64,000 bases of DNA from NCBI GenBank assembly GCA_001244265.2, contig CDLV01000018.1, positions 62,001 through 126,000 of the forward strand. Reading direction: 5' to 3'. A program made the position numbers and the translations under genes. Origin of the DNA: Microbotryum violaceum. Its lineage: Eukaryota. The notes beneath the pieces were generated by a model. The model did no database searches. It was not told the DNA's origin and worked only from the letters and a program-made list of their open reading frames with translations. This document shows positions 1-9,465 of the stretch, piece after piece. Every line of letters begins with the position of its first letter. Positions within the stretch are counted from its first letter, which is position 1.

Positions 1-2045
1 GATAACCGGCAAAATCGTTTCACTTGCAATCATGCCCGGTAAATGCGCCGCACCCCCAGCTCCAGCGATGATGACCCGGATCCCGCGACTTGCGGCGGTT
101 CGAGCGAACTCGACCATGCGGCCAGGTGTCCGGTGAGCTGACACGATCGACAGCTCGAAGGGGATCTCGAACTGGCGAAGGACGCTGGAGGCGTTCAGCA
201 TAATAGGCAGATCCGAATCCGAACCCATGACAATCGAGACAAGTGGTGATCGAGCCGATCGGGTCGCCTCCTGCCGTTGGGCCTTCTCGGCGTACTCCCC
301 TGGTAAGAGTTCAACCAGTTGTTCGAGCTGCGAACGGACGATCTCATCGGACTCGCCGACTATTGTCACGTGACCCATCTTCCTGCCCTTGCGACACCCT
401 GCCTTTCCATACAAGTGCACAGCTGCTCCGAGCTCGATGGCCTTTCTAACTACGCCAGACGGACCCATGAAATCTGACTGAGCTGAGGCCGACAACCCGA
501 GCAGATTGAGCATGGCGGATGATCGTGGGAGAAACTGGATTGGCGGCAACGGCAGTGACAAAATCGCATAAAGGTGAGCGGTGTACTGCGAGATGGAGCA
601 TGCTTCGATGGTATAATGGCCCGAGTTGTGCGGTCGTGGTGCGATTTCGTTGAGCAAGAGGCGGCCTGTTGACATTGAGGTGAGGTCAGCTTGGCATGCT
701 ATCGCACAAGAATCTCAAAAATCCACGAGCAAAAACGGACCATCCGATAACCAAAACATCTCTACACCAAACACACCGACGGCCCCCTCCCCGAGGGCGT
801 CAATGGCTCGCACGGCAAGCTCCTGTGCGCGCTCGTCCACCGGCTTCGCGGATATGCTGAACGCGCCCTTCTGTTTTGACCCGACCCCGTAATCACCGTC
901 GCACAACGGTCGAAGGGGGGCATACACGATGTGGCAGATGCTATCCCGGTGAACAGTCTCGACTGCGGGATATGAACGCGTACTTCCATCGGCACCGCGG
1001 ACAACCATAACGGCGACCTCTTTGACGAAGGCGGCCCACTTTTCGGCGTAGAGGCGATCGGTCGGAGCTCTCGCGCCTTGAATCGTCAGCGACGAGTCCG
1101 GGATAAGGGCTTCCAAGGCGAGTTCAATGTCGTTCTCCGAGCGCAGCACGAAGTTGCCCTTGCCGTCGTAGGCGAGGTGTCGGGACTTCAGCATGAGAGG
1201 ATAGCCAAAATCCTTGGCCGCATCTCGCACCGAATCACGCAGGTCGGCCCGCGGGTCCACAGAGTCGGCGGCTGCGGCGCCCGTTCCCGTGATGGGCAAA
1301 AAAGGGGCGACCGCAATACCGCGCTCTTGGAGATAGAGTTTTTGTGTGTACTTGTCCTGAATCGTACGAATGACGACCGGAGCGGGGTAGATTCTGACGC
1401 CTTCACCCGAGCGCCCTCCGGTGGACGCGAAGTCGTGTTGCACCCGCTCCAGAGCAGCGATGTCGACGTGCTCAATCTCGATGGTCAGAATATCGACGTT
1501 TTGGGCGAGTTGCCGAATGTGCGACTCCGAGGTGAAGGGTCCATTCAGGTGGGAGAGAGGACCGGGCCCAGAGCCAGCCTGTGACGAAGTCGAAGCAAGC
1601 TGCGACAGAGGCAGCCGCTCGGGCGCCGACACTTGCTTAGCCGGTGCCCCTTCTTCTGGGTCGAGCACAATGATCGGGATAGACAGAGGCGATGCAGCCT
1701 GAAGGAGCATTCGCCCTAGTTGGCCACCACCTAGAATCGGATAGCAGAGGGGCGATCGAGCGTCAGATGGACCTAGCTACCTACGCGAAAGGCGATCGTG
1801 AGATATGCGGGATCGAGGGTACACATCCGTCTATTCTGATAAGACTCCGGCACCACGGGGAAAGACACCGAGGGCAGACACCATGTACGTGGGCGAGCCG
1901 GCTCCGGCTGTTCGAACTTGCGGCGGAGCAATCCAGTCGGCCTGACCGTGCCTCCGTTGCGCGCAATCAGAGCAGAGGAGACTTGCAAGTGACTCCCAGA
2001 AAAGACCGAAGACTTACCAAGTACTCCAATGACTTTGTCGTCCAT
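1..2045 (-). CDS. ADE2: Phosphoribosylaminoimidazole carboxylase (PurK ATP-grasp + PurE), 5' portion; runs off window start
   Basis: Exon 1 MDDKVIGVL (2045-2018), intron 2017-1731, then [24 protein letters not shown] and GVFGVEMF. After another intron come [17 protein letters not shown] and the PurE motifs [17 protein letters not shown] and [14 protein letters not shown]. Confidence 0.97.
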
Positions 2046-2082
2046 GATTCGTGATTAGCGAAGGTAGTGTGAGCAGCGGAAT

Positions 2083-2231
2083 TGAGTCACCTCAGCTTGT
2101 AGGAAGGGGAGAGGAAGAGGCGCTTGTCGAAATCGAATCCAGCAGTCAGGCAGCACCTGGCCGGCCTGGCCGGTTGCCAAAGGCGACCAACGGGCGCGCC
2201 GAGCGAGTCGAAACGCGAGTGCGGTGAGTCA
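2083..2231. promoter_or_regulatory. Two TGAGTCA (Gcn4/AP-1, Bas1-core) motifs upstream of ADE2
   Basis: TGAGTCA at 2083-2089 and 2225-2231; a third TGACTC lies at 1990-1995 in intron 1. Confidence 0.45.
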
Positions 2232-2846
2232 CTCCCTCTCGCTAGAACCTATGGGCCGCCGTTTGGGTAACAAATGGATTTGCGTGCCCGGGGCTACTTG
2301 CGCGTTACAATTCGTTTGTACGCGCGCCGAAAATAGTACAATTGCGCGCCAAAGGGCCTTCAGACGCGCGTCATTCACTCTTGGACGCACTTTTGGTCTC
2401 TAACGCGCTCTGGAACCTGCGGAGTTGCGCGCTTTCCAGGAAAAACATCTGTTTCTGGCCCCTATTGGCGGTCCACGCGCTTTTCGCTCACTGTTAGACT
2501 CGCTCGCCCCGCCGTATCCGCGCACGGACGGGGCATTACACGCGCTACAGCGCGCTCATGCGCGCCCTACTCAATCTACGCGCTTTTTGATATTTTTACA
2601 AAAATAAAAAATAAATCCGAAAAATGAATTTAATTTTTTCAATTTCATAGCTAAATTCCGAACCCCGCACTCCCCGCTCTTTTGTTAAGTTGTGACCAGG
2701 GGTCGCTGGCGATTCGTGAGGCGGCACGAGCCGGATCGTTTCGAGGAGGTTGCAAGGCAGGACGGCGTTGCAGTGGACTCCCAGGTGGAGAAGTCGCGAG
2801 GCGAGCGGACGCACTCTGGCGGGCGGCCGCAGCGTAGCCGAGCGAT

Positions 2847-2958
2847 CTGTTCTCTACGGAATCTCAGCTGTCTGAATAGGCGAGTGAAACGATGATGCGA
2901 TTGCAACGGACCTGTTCTCTACGGAATCTCAGCTGTCTGAATAGGCGAGTGAAACGAT
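2847..2958. repeat. Exact 47-bp direct duplication
   Basis: CTGTTCTCTACGGAATCTCAGCTGTCTGAATAGGCGAGTGAAACGAT at 2847-2893 and 2912-2958. Confidence 0.95.
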
Positions 2959-3864
2959 AGAGAAGAGGGAAAGAGGCGCGAGTGCGCGCGAGTCTGACAA
3001 GGTTCTAGCAAGGGCGCGCGCAAAGGTACTAAGGCAAACTGGGCGGGCGCGTTGCGAAGCTTCAAGGACTAGACTCCAAGTGGGCCATCAGGAGGCTTTG
3101 AGAGGTGTTGTGTTGGACAACGGACACGAGGGGATACTTATCTACCATGGTCGAGTGTTGGTGAGCGGGGCAGTCCGGAGCGACAAGATCCAGGTTGCGA
3201 ACGACGGACGTCATGGATGGGCGATGCTCTGATGGCCGATGGAACATGAGGTCGGTGATGACAAGCTGATGGTAGCTAACCGGAGGCAATGGTTCGGCAA
3301 GACAGGAGTGGTAGATCGACTAAGTTCCGGCATGGAGACGGCGGCGCGCGAGCGTGAGTTGAACAGGCTGGCGCGGGCGAAAGGTGGCGGAGGCGAGCAG
3401 AGCGAGCAGGCAACGGCCGGACGGATGGACCAGGATGTGGATGTGTTGACTAAGGCGCACATGGGTCGATCGAGCGAGGCTGGTCGTGTGTATCAGGCGA
3501 CGAGGCTCGGGTAACAGGGGGCGCTGCGAAGGCGCCGAGGCAAAGGTGCCAAGAGGCAAAGGCGCATGGTGGCGAGCATGGCAGAGCAGGCGAAGCTGGC
3601 AACGACGGGCAGACTAACCGAGATGTGGACGAGGTGACAACGGTGCACATGGGTCGAGGAGTGAGGCTGGGCGCAAGCGTCATGCAGCGAGGCTCGAGGG
3701 ACAGGTGGCGTGGTGGAGGCTGGCAAAGTCGCAAGGCAAAAGGCGCACAAGCCCGTCAAACGGCGGTCCGAAGTCGAAGTGTTCGAAGGCTTGGCAGAAT
3801 GCAACTCAACAGGCAACAGGAGTCAGAAGACATCATGATAGCGGCGAATTGCTCATCTGGAATC

Positions 3865-4064
3865 TCGAGCACGTCGTCTAAGAGTAACTCGTGTATCTGG
3901 AGGGGCTGCTGTAGATGACATGCTGTCCTCTTAACCCTCAGCAAGGGCACGCAGGGAAGTGCGCAGAAGGTAGGATGCTCGCGACGTCACGACGTGGCAC
4001 AAGGTGAGGGTGGTCAGAGGCTGTCAGGGGCGTCTATTGGCATTTGTCTCACTTTCAGCGCCCT
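3865..4064 (+). repeat. Dispersed repeat, copy A (copy B at 36499-36693)
   Basis: Shared blocks TCGAGCACGTCGTCTA, TAGATGACATGCTGTCCTCTT, GGAAGTGCGCAGAA, TGGCACAAGGTGAGG and TCAGGGGCGTCTA. Confidence 0.9.
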
Positions 4065-4289
4065 TGATTTGGTGAGCGTCTGTACGTCTGTGAGCTCTGT
4101 GAGCGTGAAGCATTTTTTTGCATTACAATCGGCCGCGGCTCGCGCGTCCAATTTCGTTCAGAAACTCATTCAGACTAATGGACCGCTAGTTGGCCCGCGG
4201 CGCGCGCCTACTGATCCCAGACCGCCGCCGGTGAGCGCTGATACGGGCTCGGCCATCGGCCGAGCAGGGGACGACCAGGGAGTTGCGAG

Positions 4290-4451
4290 GTCGGGGTACA
4301 TCGATTTGTACCACATCCAGGACGCACATCGAAGATCTGGAGTGCCAATTTTTTCCGATATGTACCACTTTTGAGTCGCAGTTTGGGGTTCGGAGGGTCC
4401 GATTTGTACATTTTCGGGGACGCACATTGGGCTGAGCTTTCCCGGGTCCTG
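4290..4451. mobile_element. Right terminus of a CAGGACCC-family non-autonomous DNA element (left limit approximate)
   Basis: The reverse complement of 4422-4451 matches 35862-35891 at 28/30. GAT(T/A)TGTAC subterminal motifs at 4303, 4357 and 4401. Confidence 0.6.
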
Positions 4452-4623
4452 GTGCGGTGGGGCTTGGTGGGGCACGGGCCTCAGGCCACCGCGTCTCCGA
4501 CTCCCTTTCGACTCTCGTACGGCACCAGAATACAGAACACCTCGCTCTCCGTGACATAGCATCCCGTGTGTGAAAGATCTGGGCACGCCTCCTGACATCT
4601 GTCCGTGAGCATCGGCAATCGCC

Positions 4624-6195
4624 ATGTCATCGCCATCGGTGCACCGAAGCTCCTCACACGACAGGGCCGGACTACGCTCTGCTCTCAAGAAAGATCACGT
4701 CCACCCTGATCCGCGGCTCGACCCTACGAGAATGGAAGGACTCTGGCCGATTCGCTCGGTATCGACCCCAAGGTATCCTCCCATTTGGACGGCAACACAA
4801 TTGGATCTCCGCCGCACGCAAGTGGTGGTGCGCCAATTGCCTCCGGCTCGTACCCGCCCAGCGATCCCACGTCTGGGGCCCCGTCTCGTAGCGCCACTTC
4901 ATTGTTAGATCCTTCGGATGCCGAGGCAAAGAAGAGCTCGTCGAGCCTTAGTTTAACCCCCAAGTTTCAGCGGCGCGTCGGCTTCGACACGTTTGACTCC
5001 GAGGAGGTCGAGGGAAGCACGGGCGGAGGAACAGGTACGGCCCGCGGTCTCATCAAAAGGGCTACAGCGAGCATCTGAACACTGCACCAGTATCATATTG
5101 ATAACTGATTCTGGCTCTCACCACCGTGTTCCCAAAATTTTGTGACGATCTCTCGACTCGCGGGGATTCGATCGACACTCTCAGGAGTGAGTTACTCGTT
5201 CACGATTGGCGCCAAATCAGCGTCGTACTGCCGCGCGAGGTACACCCGCACCTTTCTATGCTGCACCGATCTAAACGGTGGGTCTGTATTCAGCCTTTGC
5301 GTTCAACGATGGCGTGAAATGCTGATCACAGCTCATGTTGTAGAGTATTCTGTCCACGCCCTTGATTGGCTACTGACCAATCTCGTCGAGGACCACGACG
5401 AAATTGTCGTCTTGCGAGTCATCGAACCCGGATCTTCAGCGCATGCCGCATGGAGGGCGAGTATAGAAAAGGCGAAGAGGGAGGCCGAAAGGGTGCTGGA
5501 GGAAGTGATGCGCAAAAACGGCGAGGAGAAACAGGTCCGTCCGGCCTCCTCGATTGCTGCTCCGAAGACCGACTAACATCCTGATCAGCGGATTTTCCGG
5601 GACAGATTTCGATCATTGTAGAGTTTGCCATTGGTCCTATTGAGGAGACGATTCATAGGTGCGATTTCCTGTTTGAACGCACGAAACGTCTCACCAATAC
5701 CAATACTATGCCTCTCTCTCCTCAGGATGGTCGAGATCTACGAACCGGATTCGCTGATCGTGGGTACGCGTGGGAAGCAAGAATCGCTATTCAAGCCGAT
5801 GATGGGCTCCATATCCAAGTATTGTGTGGCGCGTAGCCCCGTACCTGTTGTAAGCTCTACATTCTTTTGGCGATTGGGCGTGCCAGACCCCACCCCCCCC
5901 CCCCCCCCGGGTCTCAAGGCTGATCTGACTGCGTGTTCACGTCGTATCGCGACAGGTCGTTGTTCGTCCCGAGGACAAAGTGCAGGCATCTCTCAACGCT
6001 CGCCGCAGCGACTCGAAGCGTCAAAAGCACCTCTACCAGCTTTACGACGATGCGCGAGCGGCCGCATCGACGCCGACGTTGCAAGGGTCAGCTTTAGAAC
6101 GTAGTACAACGACTACACCAGCCGCTGCTGCTTCCGCGGAGAGCAAGCAGGAAAAGAAGGGAACCAAGTTGCAAAAGTTCGATACGTTTGGATGA
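4624..6195 (+). CDS. Universal stress protein (Usp) domain protein, multi-exon
   Basis: RRVGFDTF, SYSFTIGAKS..RTFLCCTD, YSVHALDWLLTNLVEDHDEIVVLRV and YEPDSLIVGTRG..MGSISKYCVARSPVPV, joined by GT-AG introns. There is an apparent 1-nt frame break near 4707. Confidence 0.85.
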
Positions 6196-6529
6196 CGAGT
6201 CAGTACCATCTGAACTCTTTGAGTGTAAAAAGCACGACATCCGTCGTTTCACGTGGCTCACTAACTACTAGGTAGTCAGCCGATGGAAGTGACCACTAAA
6301 TGAAATAGATGCAGTTCAGTTCTCAAGCAAATGCGTTCTCAATTCTCCCGTACCGAGGTAAACTCCATGTGTAATCATTTTATTTTTCATGAGGTGCGAC
6401 CCGATTTAAGTCCGCGCTCGTCTGCGCTGAAGTGCATTGGAGTGCGCTGCTAGCGCTGCTGGCGTGCAGTGGAGGTCCTGCTATGTAGGTCCTGCTCGCG
6501 TGCCTGCTCGACCTGCTCAGCCGGTAGCC

Positions 6530-7095
6530 CAGGACCCCGAAAGCCCAGCCATACACGGCCAGCCCTTTGGATGGGGATTTCGCACGGATCCGCTCCTGAT
6601 TTCCGCAGGGTCTGACTGGCGCTAGCCTCGCGGTGCTGGATCATACGGATTCCACGGTGGACACGAGAAGAAGTTGAGATTGTCATTTTCTGAGCGCATG
6701 AAACCTATTGCAGACAGTTAATCAACTGTTTGGGGATGCTTAACATCTACTCCATTCTTAGCAACCGCTAGTGAACTGATGCTGTAATGTTTCTACATAC
6801 CATATGGATTCCAGAGTACCAAAATCTAAGTTTTGCAGAAGGGTTTCATCAGAAACGCGTACTGGGTACGGACTCATGTTATCCGTACGAGGGAGGGTCG
6901 CGCGTGTAGGCGGCCCTCCAAAAACGGCATTTTCGAGGCAAAATGTCCAATTTTTTCCCGGATTCTGACTGAAAATGTCCAGATATGAGGGCCGCCTAGT
7001 GTTGAACAATTTCTCAAAACTACTCTACAAGCTGTACAATGCTCAGATTTTTTTCTGCGCACTGCGTTCCAGCCGAAAGGCTTTCGGGGGTCCTG
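6530..7095. mobile_element. MITE-like element with short TIRs (CAGGACCCCGAAAGCC...GGCTTTCGGGGGTCCTG)
   Basis: Inverted termini at 6530-6545 and 7079-7095 (1-nt indel) around a non-coding, lower-GC interior. No TSD found. Confidence 0.65.
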
Positions 7096-7113
7096 AGGAC
7101 CCCGAAAGCCCGG

Positions 7114-9330
7114 CCTGAGGCGCGTAGCGCCCGACTGGACAAATTGTGGGCCTCAGATGGGCCAAAATCGCGAAGGCGCGTAGTCGGGGGTGGACAAATC
7201 AGGGTGCGCCGGTGCGGGTAGGGTCCGAGGCCCGTAGGTGCCAGTGGACAAATCTGGACCCATTTCAGCCACATTCGGCTTGGTGCGCCAGAGTTTGCCG
7301 ACCCTCAAGAACGTGCGGAGCGCGCGCGAAACACTCTGGCCTGTACCGAATTCACAACAAGGGCTCTAATGGTTCGATTCTGCAATTAGAAGCCTCTTGG
7401 CTGGTTGAACGAGCCGTCTCGTCTGAGTGCGCCGTCTCTTGCCTCCCCCGCCCCGTCGCGTCGTCTGTGCCATCATCGTCATCAACATCCTAGGTTAGGC
7501 TCTCGCTTCAGCCAACTTCGACGAGATGTATCTAGACAATTTGGATATCGAGCTCCTTGACGATGATTTCGAGCGAATGGCACCCCTCTTGGACGTGAGG
7601 GTGTCTGAGCTTCTCGCCTTCCGCTTCGACAACCCACTGCAGACACCCAGATAACCCAGATACAGTTTTCATGGTCGACAGACGAGCCTCTCGAGTGTGA
7701 TACTCTTCCTAGGCCGCTCGATGCTTGGACGGACAAGTTCAAGGATCGTGGAGCAATTACTGCGGCGCGTGAGCAAGGTTACCGGTCAATTGCTATCGCT
7801 GGGCACCGGCTGCCTTTCGGTGTCGAAGGATCTGGCGGCATATAGATTACACCGAGCGCATGCGTTCGATGGTTATCAGTAGCCAAAAGTGGATGGAAAC
7901 TTATCTGGGTGTCGACATCGAGCCTCTCATCGTTAAGGCTCTGGAGGTGCTGCCGCCACTGCTCATTGAGGAGCAATATACCCCCTCAAGGATCCTCGGG
8001 TGTAGCGCGTCTTTGCACACGCTGCTCGATTTCGTTGGGAAGCAGCCAAATTGTTCGTCTGTTCGATGGCGTGGATTGATTGGGATTATTTTTCGTGCTT
8101 TTCCTAGGGACAACGTGGCTTGGAGAAAGGTCTCGTCGTGCTAGACCCGAAAGAGCGGAAGTCAGTTGAAAACGCTGTTCGCTCCTTAGCTGCTCTTGGC
8201 CTTGACAATGATGCTGCACTGTGCTTGAGACTTGTACCAGCCTCCTCCGAGCTGATGATACGTCTCTTCCAATTCTAGGCTTGCCATTCAGCAGGCCTAT
8301 GACGAGGCCGATGCTCAAGCAGAGGAACGCTTTCTACTCGACGCCATTGAGACAGCAAATGAAAGCTTGCCAGGTCGTGTAGGTTCATTTAAGTAGCAAC
8401 TGTCTTCTTGCAGAACCACTAAACAGAACCAGCACTCTTTCACAGGCTCAAATTCTTCGGCTCCCATCCGTTCTGCGTTACGACCCTCGTCAGCTTGCGC
8501 TTGATCTGAAAAGCTTGATCGAGCACCGTCGGGCCCATCAATGTGCCCACCTCAAGGCTGTCCTACTCAAGGGAAGGCACGGCGCTCCCACCTCGACTGC
8601 CCAAGATTTCGATCCCACATCAAGCGCAAAATTGTCCGAGCACGGTGAAGTGCACTACAGTGTCCTCCGAGGCTTAGTGCAATCAATGGGTGCAGCCCGT
8701 CTCGAAGCCGTGTCAGGAGTTGCGAGGTCCATTCGTTGGACCGAACAAAGGACCTTCAGTTGCTCTTCGACCGCAAACGAGACAGACAACATAGGATACA
8801 TCGAAGACGGACGTAAAGAGGTGAGCTACAATTGTGTGCTGTGCACATATGGCCCAGAGAGTGCTCATCAATAATGTTCATTCTTGCCCAGATACGGATG
8901 CAATCGCGAGCAAGGCAATACACGGCATTCGCCAAGAACCCACCGTTTGGGTCGATCGACGGAAACGTCACGTCAGCTACGCCTTTGAAAATCGGCTCTC
9001 TTGTCTGCTTCGGATTGAAACGAGGCATCATACCTGGCAGTTGTGACGCCAGCAACATAGGAGAAGAACAATTGTCCATTGGACTTGGTTCGTGCATCTC
9101 ACTGTAGCTAGCTTACTGCTTTGCAGAGTGACTGGCATCGATTTTACCTCTCGTAGCGCACCAAGCCGAATGTGGCTGAAATGGGTCCAGATTTGTCCAC
9201 TGGCACCTACGGGCCTCGGACCCTACCCGCACCGGCGCACCCTGATTTGTCCACCCCCGACTACGCGCCTTCGCGATTTTGGCCCATCTGAGGCCCACAA
9301 TTTGTCCAGTCGGGCACTACGCGCCTCAGG
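7114..9330 (+). mobile_element. TIR DNA transposon, non-autonomous internal-deletion derivative, 3-bp TSD
   Basis: 175-bp TIRs at 7114-7288 and 9156-9330 with one mismatch. CGG flanks both ends (7111-7113, 9331-9333). Each TIR holds three AGGC(G/C)CGTAG-N7/8-TGGACAAAT units. Confidence 0.92.
7526..9107 (+). pseudogene. Disrupted coding remnant inside the TIR element (Ulp1-like start joined to a transposase-like C-terminus)
   Basis: Frameshifted pieces MYLDNLDIEL.., AREQGYRSIAIAGHRLPF, SLHTLLDFVG/TTWLGE, LDLKSLIEHRRAHQC, VSGVARSIRW and GNVTSATPLKIGSLV. Family resemblance is from recollection only. Confidence 0.5.
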
Positions 9331-9465
9331 CGGCCGATCGATTCGATCCAACGTAATTCGGCGGTGCTGTCCCCTCCAATCCAGATCTCGACGGAATCCT
9401 CCTCCCTCCAATTTGGCCTGGCCTGGTCCAATCCACTCAATTGTCCTTCGTAAGCCATTGTCGGT

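Noticed and set aside
2847-2958. Repeat-spacer-repeat as a CRISPR array
   Set aside because: Only two units, an 18-nt spacer, no cas genes and a eukaryotic context.
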